Source of the DNA: Naegleria gruberi
Lineage: Eukaryota
Length of the DNA: 64,000 nucleotides
Assembly: GCA_000004985.1 (NCBI GenBank)
Contig: GG738896.1
Direction: 5' to 3' (one strand)
Shown here: positions 22,787 through 34,179 of the stretch, in pieces
Position numbering within the stretch: the stretch's first letter is position 1
Layout: each line of letters opens with the position of its first letter
Translations under genes and position numbers: made by a program
The notes under the pieces: generated by a model
The model's input: only the letters and a program-made list of their open reading frames with translations
Told to the model about the DNA's origin: nothing
Database searches by the model: none

Positions 22787-23899
22787 TTAATCAGCAAATC
22801 CTGAAGTACCTCCATAATCACCTCCTCCTCCTCCACCACCATAATCATATCCACCACCACCAGAGTAGTCTCCACCACCACCATATCCTCCAGAATAATC
22901 ATAACTTGGTGGCTCATACTTGTATGTTTCTTCAACAGTGGTTGTTGAATATCCTCCATATGGTTCACTTGTAGTAGATGGAGCGTAATAACTAGTTTCT
23001 TTTTGTCTTGTTGGTTGGTCGACCTTTGTAGATGGGGCTGTTGTCGACATTGGAACATCAACTCTTGGATGTGCTGAAACACTTGGTTTGTAAACTGAGC
23101 TAGTTCCCCAATTCTTCTTTAGGAAATAGATTGTGACAGCACCTATTAAAATTATTGCTATAACTCCTACTATAATTAATGGGATTCCAATAGCTTGAAA
23201 ATAAAAATCTGATTTCATACTAGTACCAAGTCCAATTATCTTAATTTCTGGTTTGAAATAAGAATTAGAATTTAATCCTGTCATGTTGAAAGTGGCCTTA
23301 TACTGATTGTCAATTGTCGAGACTTGACCATTGACACAAGTCAAATTATAGGATGAGATTGATGAATCAAATAGGATTGTGGTTGAAATGGATGAAATAA
23401 AGGAATTATCCTGATAGTGATATCTCCAAACAGTGTCTGTTGACTAGTTTTCTCATTGTAATGATTAATAAAATTGTAAACTTACAACTTCAAGATTTGG
23501 AATTAGGGAAAATGATATTCTGAATGAAAACTTGGTTAGTGCATTTGAGGGAGTGGCAGGACTCAAAGTCGAAACAATAAAATAGGATTCAGAACCACTT
23601 TCTAACTTGGAAGAAATCGAATAGGTTGAATCCGAAATAAATACCTTGATTGATAAAGGATCAACACTTGTTGCAATGTCACGTGGAATAGGTCTTCCAA
23701 TCCTTGAGTAACTTCCGTTAAAATTATATTCAAAGTCTTCAACAATGTTCATGGATGATCCTTTTTCCAAGAATTGAATATTCGAAACGATAGAAGAAAT
23801 GGAATATGATTTTTGAGCATGAATTGATGAAAGTTGATACAAAAGTATCATCAAGATAACAACAACCTTCATCATCCCACCATCCGTGTATTCCAACAT
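22787..23899 (-). CDS. Type I membrane glycoprotein: signal peptide, extracellular domain, one TM helix and a Gly/Tyr-rich cytoplasmic tail; 2 exons, ~356 aa
   Basis: Exon 1 is 23486-23899 (MLEYTDGGMMKVVVILMILLYQLSSIHA.., a signal peptide) and ends ..PNLEVV at a GTAAGT donor. The intron is 42 nt. Exon 2 is 22787-23443 and starts STDTVWRY.. in phase 0. The TM helix is GIPLIIVGVIAIILIGAVTIYFL; the tail is ..GGYGGGGDYSGGGGYDYGGGGGGGDYGG. Exon lengths are 414 and 657 nt, both divisible by 3. Confidence 0.6.
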
Positions 23900-24240
23900 T
23901 TTTTTTGATGTTCAAAAGTTTATTCAAGTTTATCCACAGCTCTGATAACTTGCTTTATGTGGGTACCTCGCAGTGGAATTGGTGAGACAATGTCCAAGTT
24001 TGTCCTAGCTGGAATCAGAGTGGAAAGGATCATGAAAAGAGATCAGTATCTTGGAAAGTTCAATGTGAAAACTGGTTGTTGGATTTAATCTGACATGTAT
24101 TGAAGAGCCACTATACGTTATGAATAATTGACTCAAAACTTCATTGGTGTTATTCTTTATCATTCCAATTTTAATATCATACCTGTCCATATTCTTATAA
24201 TCCTCGATAGAATTCTTGACAAAATGACACAAATTCCACC

Positions 24241-24291
24241 CAAGGTACAAGGTTTGATAACTTGGGTGACAAGGTACAAGGTTTGATAACT
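24241..24291. repeat. Short tandem direct repeat (22 bp x2 separated by 7 bp)
   Basis: caaggtacaaggtttgataact tgggtga caaggtacaaggtttgataact. Confidence 0.8.
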
Positions 24292-25620
24292 GATCTTTTT
24301 GAATTTCCTTATGACTATTGCAGTAAACGCCAAACTCAATTGCATTTCAGTAATTAATGGGATGAAATCATTGTGCAAAGTATGCTGTTGACCTGTTGAT
24401 AAAAAACTTGAAAGTTTTGGGAGTTTTTTCAATCTGTTGGCCAAGGTAGTGAAGAACTCTTTCATTTATGTACCTAAAATGCAAAGAAAGTTCCAAATAG
24501 ATCTGCATGTTCACATGATGAGTGCAAACATATTTTAAATGCTGCCAAAGGACATTTAAATTGTTTAAGTTTCTATTAATTATTAAAAAAATTAAGGTAC
24601 CAATCTGCATGTTCACAAATCCCCCATTCACAAACCATGGCTGGTAAGGAATGCAGCAATCATCTATGAACGAGGAAACCTACAGCGAAGCATGTTTCCA
24701 GTTCGATATCATGCTCAAGATATGTGACTACAGAGTCTTCATCTTGGTTAACCTCAAAGGTCAGATTGACTCAAAAAAGTCGAGTTTATGTATTCCTACA
24801 GAAAAGATCCTGTAGAAGTACAGTCAATGGTTTTATCAAGTTTCATTTGTGAGGTTTGTGATATTGGTTTTGAATGTGTGAAAAGTGAGGTTAAAAAATT
24901 GTGGTACTTTTATGTGAAAAATATAAATTTCGATTCAAGAAAATAATTGAATGTTGATGGCTTCAAGATCAGCTCACAATTTTTAAGAACTTCCTCCTGA
25001 AAGTTGTAAGAAACAACTAATTAAGTGAAGAATTTCCTCATTCCTTGCACAAATACTATTATAATCTGTGAAATGACAAAAAGACAGGTTCCTAATTGAG
25101 ATGAGGTGATATTGATCCTCCCTATGAACTTGTTGATCAAATGAAAATTACATTCATGAATGTTTGCTTCAAAAGTTGAAAGTGGCATTTCCTAAAATAT
25201 AAATAGAAAGAGAGCTGGCTTGAATGTGACAAAATTGTCTCTTGTTCAATTAAAAAAAAAGAAACCTCCTGCAATGAATCTTCAGTCGAGTATTTTCATA
25301 GATTCATTGAGCCCTCTTGTCCAATCAAATCGTTCTAGAAAGAGTGGCGGAGGGCTGATAATTAATGTAGAGGGAGGAAATCCCTGATTGTAACCAAGTA
25401 TTTGCAGTAATGTGAATCCACAGCAGTTAAAAGAGTCTCCTTAATAGTAAACAACAACCCGAACAATTTGGATAAGATTGAATTTACAAGTTTTTCAATA
25501 AAGTTCTTTAAATTGTCAAATGATTTGTATTTAATTTTCTTCAATGTTTGTACATTTCCATTTCAATATTCTCTACATTTCAATATTTAAAGCTGTAAAA
25601 ACAATAAGGTGAAATTAAAA

Positions 25621-25739
25621 AGACTACAGCTTCACAGGTTCCCAAGTTGTCTCCAACCTCAGTACTGATGTGGCTCGACGATGCTTAACTTCTCAAATCG
25701 GACGGGATGAGGTGCATTCATCGTGATATGGCCGTAGCC
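25621..25739 (-). rRNA. 5S ribosomal RNA gene (full length, ~119 nt) with a downstream T-run terminator
   Basis: The reverse complement reads GGCTACGGCCATATCACGATGAATGCACCTCATCCCGTCCGATTTGAGAAGTTAAGCATCGTCGAGCCACATCAGTACTGAGGTTGGAGACAACTTGGGAACCTGTGAAGCTGTAGTCT, followed by TTTTT. This carries the conserved 5S motifs (..CCCGTCCGAT.TGAGAAGTTAAGC..AGTACTG.GG.TGGGAGAC..TGGGAA..). The 5'/3' ends pair as helix I (GGCUAC/GUAGUC). Confidence 0.8.
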
Positions 25740-26014
25740 ATTCACTACTTCAAAATGTATAATTTCAATGTACCTTCCATAACAGTTCATCCTTGCAAAA
25801 TCCTTAGTACCTTATTCAGACCAAAAACTTCAATCAACAAGAAGGTTATTCCAGTTGACAATTTCTGACTTAATGAATTGAACAATTCAATGTTGACTGT
25901 ATTTTCCTTTCCAAACAAAGACTCAATTATTCCATATTTGCACTGATATCGGGAGATTAAATCTGGTAATGTAATTCTTCATGCAACATCATCAGCACAA
26001 CGTTACCTGTTCAT

Positions 26015-28288
26015 TTGCAACTGAAGGTTCTTCTTCAACCCCAAGATGATCATCCTCGAAGTTTCAATATAAAAATGTCCTCACTCGTTCTTGCATTGTC
26101 CCTCACCCTGGTTGTGATGGTTGTTGTAGTGTGGTTGGTTTTATTCAAGGAAACACCAGAGACTGATCCATTGAGTATCATGTTCAATGATGATCCGAAC
26201 AGCATGGATAAACATCAACATGTTGAATATCAGGATCCTAACGAAGTATTGGAAAAGGGAGAATACATGGAAGAAACCAATATTTACAAGTTGAGATTGT
26301 GGAGTAAGCAAATGCCGAATAGGCCTGCTCTCTGGTATAAGAATCAATCAAGTCAGGCAAAGGAGTACATTCCTATCACTTTTAAAGAGTACAATGACCA
26401 TGTTCAAGAGGTTGCCAAATCACTTCTTGCTCTCGGAATTAAAAGAGGTGAGACTTGTTGTATCATGTCTGGAAATAACAAGGAGTGGAATTATTTAGAT
26501 TTGGGTTGCTTGACTGTTAATGTTATTTGTGGAGGAATTTACTTTTCATCATCAGAACTTCAAGTATTGCACTTGTTGAATCACTCAGAAGCAAAGATGG
26601 TTGTTGTGGAAAAGAAGGATCATTTTGAAAAAGTTAAGAGATGTATTTCCAAGTTGACTGATTTGCAAAAAGTTGTGTTTATTAATGAAAGTGTTTTGAA
26701 TGAGTGTTTGAAGGAAAACCCAGAGCCACTTTTGAATGCTTCTGGTATTCAAGTTCAATTGTGGAGTTGGAGCGATTTTATCAAACTTGGAGAAAATATT
26801 ACTCAAGACCAAGTTGATGAAATTTTCAAGTCAATCAAGACAAATGATGTCTGTACCGTGATTTACACAAGTGGTACAACAGGTGCACCAAAAGCTGTTC
26901 AATTGACATATAGAGCAGTTACCTCAGCTACTCTTGCAGCTAGAACAATTGCTAAATATAATGAAACTCATCCAGATTTTGATATTGAGAATCATAATAA
27001 TACCTATCTCAGTGTTCTCCCACTTGCTCATATTGCTGAGAGATTGTTAACTATTTATATACCTTTGAGATGCGGATATCAAGTTTATTTTGCTGAAAGT
27101 ATTTTCACTTTGTTGAATGATTTACAAGTTGTAAGACCTCATATTTTCTTTGGAGTACCAAGAATTTATGAAAAGATCAAATCTGGTATTGAAACCAATC
27201 TCAGCAAGGTCAATCCAATTGTTAGATATTTAATTCAACACTGTATGAAACAAGTATCCAAATACAATACTTTGGTTGCTATGGGAAGAAGCACTAGTTC
27301 ATTGTTGGATTTCAGAGCTAAATTAATTTACAAGTTCATTGTTGGACCATTGAAGAGAAAAATTGGATTTGATAGAACAAGAGTTTTCGGAGTTGGAAGT
27401 GCACCAATTTCAAAGGATGTTATGATATTCTTTTCTGGATTGGATGCCATGTTAATTAACATTTATGGTTCTTCTGAATCATCAGCTATGGGTATGTATA
27501 GATAGTTCAATTTGAAAATTCCTTAATATAATTATCTGCATAATTAACAGGTTCATCCATTAGACCAAGAGCTCTCCATTTCGATAGTGGTATGTTTAAT
27601 AATTGATTTGACATTTCTTAACAATGAAACAGTTGGTGTTCCAATGCCAGGTACAGAAATTAAAATAGATGTCGATGGTGAAGTGTTAATTAAGGCACCA
27701 TCAACAATGGTTGGATATGCTAAAGATGAAAAGTCAACCAAAGCTGCTTTCACTGAAGATGGATTTTTGAGAACTGGTGACTTGGGTATATTAAGGAATG
27801 GTTTCTTAAAGATTACTGGTAGAAAGAAGGACATTATCATGACTAAGAATGGTAAGAATGTTGCCCCAGCATATTTTGAATCATCATTGCAACATGACAT
27901 TATCAATGGAAGCTTAATGATTGGAGATGATAAAATTTTCCTCTCTGCCATTGTTTCCCTTGAACCAACCCAATTAATGAAATATGTCAAAGATCACCAT
28001 AAGGAATTTGGTGTTGAAAATGTAGATTCTCTATCAGATTTAACACCAGAAAGAGCTCTGAATACCTACCATAATCATCCAATTATTTATAAATTGGTTG
28101 AATCTCTCATCAAACAAGTGAATAGTAAGGTATCAGATGCTGAACAAGTTAAAAAGTTCAAAATTCTGTCCAAATCCTTCTCAATAGATGGCGGTGAATT
28201 TACTGCAACTTTGAAAACCAAAAGACATGAAATTTTGAAAAAGTATGAAAAGGAAATTGATGAAATTTACTCTGGTGTTAAGGAATAA
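26015..28288 (+). CDS. Long-chain fatty acyl-CoA synthetase (AMP-binding family), 3 exons including a 39-nt micro-exon
   Basis: The AMP-binding motif is IYTSGTTGAPKAV. Exon 1 ends at 27491 (..SAMG+g) at a GTATGT donor. The micro-exon is 27551-27589 (GSSIRPRALHFDSG), followed by GTATGT. Exon 3 starts at 27633 (VGVPMPGTEIKIDVDGEV..GFLRTGDLG..). Introns are 59 and 43 nt. The total CDS is 2172 nt, divisible by 3. The probable start is MSSLVLALSL (a signal-anchor). Confidence 0.85.
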
Positions 28289-29630
28289 TCAACAAACCAC
28301 CTTTACTAAATTAATATTGTAAATAATTATTTAATTGTAAATATTCTCTAGTACATGCTATCATTAATGTCGCAGTGTCTATCAAAGTTATCGATTAATT
28401 CTAATCAATTGATGAGCATCACCAACAAATAAATATCTACATATAAAAACCTCCTAGGTTACGTTTGATCAAGGTGACCAATAATAACTCGGACCTCAAG
28501 TATTAAATAATGTTATTTTACATTAACTTTCATCAATTTAATATATTTGAACTTCCGAAGTGCAAACATCTTGACAATAATAGCCAAGAGATCTGATCCA
28601 CCCAATGCTATCACTCTAAGTTTGAACAATATGTATTGAATTAGAATAAACTCCAGATATCAATTTCATTTACCTTATTTTGAGTGAACAATTACATCTT
28701 CAACGTATCTGTCTCATTAATTTGTAGATGAGTAGCGCCAACAAACACGGTAACGGTTTTGTATGGAAGGCAACAATGTAACGATTCCCGAAATAAACAG
28801 TTTGAAATAACAAGCGTTCTATTCAAGAACTAACAAACAATGAAGTTGCAGTTGTTTCATCTTGTTAGTATTGTTGAATAGACGTTAATTTCATATATTG
28901 ACGTTATCAAATCCTTTTGCTAACTCATCAACAAGCTGGCTCGAAAACATCAAGACTTGCACAAAATAGCGCAGCCAATTGCGTTTTTGAATCTCTCGCC
29001 CATCTTCGGACGGCACCACTTTAAAAAAAAACAAATAGGATCAAATATATTATTTTGCTGTAGGTTGATTTTCCTTCAAAAGCACTTTTACCAAGTAACC
29101 TCAATTTATAAACACCTCTCCAAATGAATCTCTCCATCTTTGAACGTGTTGCAAATTTAAACACTTCCCAACTCGTACGATGACTATTAAACTCACCACC
29201 CAATTATGACAACACTATTACAACAACAACTATCCCTACAACAACAATTAATTATTATATATTATTATATTACATATGCATGTAATATAATTACATGTTG
29301 TTGTTGTACCTCCTTCATCATCACACCAACAATAATTTCTTCCTTTGATATTGATCATAATCATCAAATAGATAATGTCCACCCAAGATCAAGAACAAAA
29401 GAATGGTGCTGGTGACTCCAACATCATGATGATGATTCATTCTCAATCTAACCAAAACCAAGGGTATGTTGTGAATATATATTATCAAATTGGAAATATT
29501 AATTTAAATTATTATTATTATGATCATCACAAATGACAACAACAATTACGATCATCACCATAAACACTGTTGATCAACTAACTACCACAACATTTTGTCT
29601 TGACAACATTCATATTGTCAACCTGTAATT

Positions 29631-30484
29631 ATGTCTTTTTATACAAACAGTATGGCCATGACCCAAATGACTCAAGGAGCTGGTGCCACACAATCAACAC
29701 AAGTTACCAGTGAAGTTGAATCACCACCACAATCTGGAAGTAACTCCAAGAAGAGAGCAGGACGTAGGAAAATTAACATTGAATTCATTCAAGATAAATC
29801 TCGTAGACACATTACTTTCTCCAAGAGAAAGGCAGGTATCATGAAGAAGGCTTACGAACTTTCTACATTGACTGGTACTCAAGTTCTGCTGCTAGGTAAG
29901 TATTTACTGTAATCTACATCCTTATTTAAAATCCAAATTTAGTTGCTTCTGAAACTGGTCACGTTTACACATTTGCTACTCCAAAGCTTCAACCTCTCAT
30001 CACTCAAACTGAAGGTAAAAACCTTATCCAACAATGTCTCAATGCCCCAGAAGCTTCCCAACAACAAATGATGGGAGGTGGTGATGAAGACGAAGATGAA
30101 GAAGGTGACGAAGATGAATATCAAGGAATGATGGGAAATCCACAAATGATGGGCAACCCTCAAATGATGGGAAATCCTCAAGGAATGGGTAATCCACAAA
30201 TGATGAGTCAACACAGTGGTCAACCAATGATGAATCAACAAAACCAACACATGGCTGGAGGTATGCCTCAAACTCAACACATGGGACAAGGCTCTCAACA
30301 GGTTCCTCAAAATCAAAATCAATACTATAACCAACAATCCCAAGCTCAACAATCCACTTTGCCACCACAACGTATGATGAACCAACAAGCCAATTCAAAT
30401 AATGGTATGGGACATTTTCAAGTTCCAATGAACAACCAATCTCAAGCCCAAGGTGGTGGTCATCAACCTCATTATAACTTCTAA
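29631..30484 (+). CDS. SRF: SRF-type MADS-box transcription factor (SRF/Mcm1 family) with a Gln/Met-rich C-terminal region, 2 exons
   Basis: The MADS/SAM domain is GRRKINIEFIQDKSRRHITFSKRKAGIMKKAYELSTLTGTQVLLLVASETGHVYTFATPKLQPLITQTEGKNLIQQCLNAPE, nearly identical to animal SRF. Exon 1 is 29631-29895 (GTAAGT donor), the intron is 47 nt, and exon 2 is 29943-30484. The total is 807 nt. MMGNPQ repeats follow. A possible extra 5' coding exon at ~29375-29463 is described in the findings. Confidence 0.8.
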
Positions 30485-30624
30485 GCTAGATTCATATGTG
30501 TACACTAAAGTATTAAAAAACAAATAAATTATTATTCTCTAAAATGTAAAATATGTCATTAATCATCTCAGCATATTTCAGTGATAAAAAAATATCTAAA
30601 CATCTCAAATAAACATATCTCAAA

Positions 30625-32491
30625 ATGGGACAGTTAGAGAGCAAAAGTCTTTCTGATAATTCAGACCACAATAACTTTCAAATGCTTCAACAAAGACAGC
30701 AAAGAAGAGGTTCAAATGTTGGTCAAATTCATGCAACAAGTCCTCCAACTTCAACAACAACTTTCGGAGCAAATTTACTTTTCAGTAGTAGAAGTGATGA
30801 TTTATTTGATGAGTTGGAAGATGATGATTCAAAATCATCTCAATCTTTCCAAACCTCTACACAATTTCTCTCACTCTTGGGTCATAACATTTTGGATCAG
30901 GCAAAAAAAGTTAATGACCTTCATACAACACAAGTACAATCAATTCCAATTTATGGAAATAATAGAAAGGATAGTGTTGATCTTTCAAAGGCTCCAAAGT
31001 TAGTTCTTGTCGGTACTGGTAGTTCAGGTTTGTTTTAAATTCTTTTTAACATTTCTTCTTATTGGAATAATTTCGTTTTTTATATTCGAATAATATTAGG
31101 AAAGACATCACTTTCAAAGTTATTGAAGATACATTCATCTGATTATTCAATCACTAATTTTGATATTAAGAATTGGAGAAAGATTCTCGTAAAGAATATT
31201 TTCCAAGGTTTGTTTTAATTATAACTGATTATTCGAAACCTGACTAGCATTCCGTGTTCTTTTTGATGTTAAGAATAACCTATTTCCAAATGTGCCGTAT
31301 CTGAAAAAAGAATCAGAAGAATTTAAAACTAAATTCTCTCAAATTCCTTCAGATAGTATTGACAATATTCTTGGAGATACCACTTTTTTGAGTGATGAAA
31401 TTTGTGAAAGATTGGTTGATTTTTGGATGGATGAACCAATTATTCAAATGTGTTACTTTTTTGCAAGTATTGCTTACAAATTTATTGAAGGATATGGAGA
31501 TTATTCTAGAAATAGAGCTGAGAAATCAGTTTATATTCGTCACTTGAATCTTGAAAATTTACCAACTCTCATTGATCAATTGGAAGATGTTTTGAGTTAT
31601 GAAACTGAAGGAGATGATTTACAGTCAAAGTTTTCAAGTGCCATTAAGGATGATTCACACATTGTAACTGAGCTCATTGTTAGTACCTATGTAAAAACAA
31701 CTGGTATTATTGAAATTCCAGTTAAATTTGGTGATAACAACCTGATTGGGTTGTATGACACTGGTGGTCAGGTAAGAATTCAATTTAATGAAATATTCTA
31801 ATATTAATTAATATCATTACAGAGAAATGAAAGAAAAAAGTGGAAAAATATCATGAATGATAACTCTCAAACACTCTCTGGAGTTTTGTTCCTTGTTCCT
31901 CTCTCTGAGTATAATCAAATTTGCTATGAAGATGATTCAATTAATAGAACTATTGAATCTTTGAATTTATTCTCAGAACTTGTAAATAGAAATACTTTTG
32001 GATCACTTCCATTCTTTTTGATTTTCACTAAAAAGTTGGTCATGGAGGAAAAGCTCAAATTATACGATTTGACCTACGTCCCATTCAAAACAGAACTTCC
32101 ACAGGATTTAAAAGTTGAATTGAAACTGAATGAAGAAAATAAGAAGGATTTATTGGTTAACATTTTGAAAATGAAAAATAGTCAAATTGATAATCTCACA
32201 CCTAGAGAAATTCAATTGATTGATAGATTTTCATCTGATACACGTTATTCACCATCTCAATTATTGAAAATCATTGGAGGTGATAAGACTATTGAAAGCT
32301 CCTCAACTGTGAAACATTCCGAATTTGTAAATAAGAATATTGAATTCTTTAAGGAACAATTTTTCAATGTGATTCAAGATCCAGAAAGAAAGGAACAAGT
32401 TATTCGTGATCATCAAATTATTGATGTTAAAGATTTTGATCATACCATCCAATCCATGCATTCCATTTTCAAAAGTATTTCAAATCACTAA
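30625..32491 (+). CDS. Divergent heterotrimeric-G-protein alpha-subunit-like protein (probable pseudo-GTPase), 4 exons, ~567 aa
   Basis: Exons 30625-31027, 31100-31207, 31248-31771, 31823-32491; introns of 72, 40 and 51 nt. The total is 1704 nt, divisible by 3. It starts MGQLESK (a myristoylation-type start). The P-loop is GTGSSGKTSLSKLLKIH (compare GAGESGKSTIVKQMKIIH). Switch I reads ..IVSTYVKTTGI, so the catalytic Arg is absent. Switch II is DTGGQRNERKKW. The G4 motif NKKD is replaced by FTKKL, and the G5 motif TCATDT by SSDTRY. A ~130-aa C-terminal extension follows. Confidence 0.7.
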
Positions 32492-33002
32492 TTTATTGAG
32501 ATTCATTTATCACTCAAATATTTACCAAATACAAGTGCAAATAATATAATAGAGGATATATAAATCACAACTATATATCTCAATATTAGTAGAATTGAAA
32601 AGAAGGTTGTTTTATCCAATAATAAAACTTGTTCATGTAAAATATTTAAATTTAATCCCCAAATAATTAAATCAAAACAAGAATTTAATATTAATACAAA
32701 AATTAGATAGATATTCATTTTACGACACGATTTACTCATCATCATTGATCCGAATATAAAAGAAGCGAGTATTAAATAGTAGGAAATTAAAAAGGTTGTC
32801 TCTACATCATTTGTAAAATGTATCCAATTTACTTGATGTAATATTTGATCCTTGATTGCAATCCTCAAACTTTTAAAAAATACAAGAATGGTATCATTGT
32901 ACAGTGATGACATTTTTTTTAAATATATAATTAAATTTAAATTCATTACAAAATAATATTAATTATTAATATTGTTGATATTTAAAAAGAATTTAAAAAA
33001 AA

Positions 33003-34009
33003 ATGCGTAAATTCCTTCCGAACCTCAAAGTTGATAGTCCATTCAAGAAGAAGGCTACACAAGTACCAGCCCGAAGTACAGACAGCCTTGATGATGATGA
33101 TGATAGATCGGAACGTTCCAATCGATCCAACCGATCAACAGTTTCAACTCCAAAGAAATTGGTTGATAGTTCTCCATTAGTTGGTTCTGAGAAATCATCT
33201 AGTCTTCCATTTACATCAGTTTCTGAGGTAAAACGATCGATACAACAGGAAAAGGATTTGTATGTCTTTATATTAGCAGATAACTTATTAATTATATTAA
33301 AGATTAATTGTTTTGGGATATGGAGTGGAATATATAACTCCTACAAAGACTAGTTTGGAGGCTTTGTTGGAATTTGGAAAGGATCCAGGTCTTGAATATA
33401 AGGATAGAGTTAAAATTATATTAATTGATGAGGAAGTTAATGTATGTTAATGAAATTTGTGAATTGGAATTAATATTTGGAATTTAATAGAGAAAATTTT
33501 GTAATGAGAATAATCTGGTTGTTGGAACACCAATTTTACAAATGTATTACAATTCAAAGAATATTAAATTTAGATTTGAAGATAGTGTAGGAAAATCAAT
33601 GGGTGAAACATCGTCACAAAAGGGATCTAAAAAAACAATTGATGAGGACAATGAATCAAGACCTAGAAATGTATATATTGGACAACTTCACTATTCAATT
33701 ATTCATACACTTGTTGTTTTAACATTTGAAGCAATTAGTGATGCAGAGGAAGAGGAGGCCGAAGAAATTATTGTAGAGGTAGATATGGCCATTTTGAGAG
33801 GAGAAAAAGAATTGGATGCTGAAGCAGATGATAAATTTGATTCATCTGTAAGTGATGAAACTGACAGTGGAGAAGAAACAGAGGAAGAAGATAGTGACTC
33901 TGAAAGTGTAAAATTAGCAAATAGTGCATCAAATGCTAAATCATTAGATCAAGATGATGAAGATGGTGATTTTGACGACGAAATGTCGAGAGCAACAAAT
34001 GTAAAGTAA
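33003..34009 (+). CDS. Hypothetical ~304-aa protein: Ser/Arg/Asp-rich N-terminus, a small ubiquitin-fold-like middle and a strongly acidic C-terminal tail; 3 exons
   Basis: Exons 33003-33259 (GTATGT donor), 33303-33441 (GTATGT donor) and 33491-34009. Introns are 43 and 49 nt. The total is 915 nt, divisible by 3. Track ORFs 33003..33353 and 33542..34009 read through into the introns. Confidence 0.45.
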
Positions 34010-34179
34010 ATCTCGTAATTTATTTGAACAACAACTTGTTGCCTTTCTTTTCATTGAATACTAAATAGTTAAACAGTGAAGAGAAATGATCTGGTACTGG
34101 GGCAATGACAACCATATTTTCACCCCTGTTATTAAGTAGAATAGTTTGTTTAAAATGTAAATGAACTATTTCATAAAAC

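Noticed and set aside
28700-29050. Moderately GC-rich patch with a CCAAT box (cagCCAATtgcg) upstream of the SRF gene
   Set aside because: It is plausibly promoter or enhancer sequence, but nothing beyond a generic motif match is visible. I do not report it as a feature.
29939-30428. Track ORFs on the minus strand (His/Leu-rich, 149 and 129 aa)
   Set aside because: They are antisense to the Gln/Met-rich repeat-coding part of the SRF gene (a CAA/ATG repeat gives TTG/CAT on the other strand).
32503-32946. Track ORF (-, 147 aa, Ile/Leu/Phe-rich)
   Set aside because: It lies in an AT-rich spacer directly abutting the Galpha-like stop codon. The hydrophobic composition is what a translation of A/T-rich non-coding DNA gives, and it has no homology.
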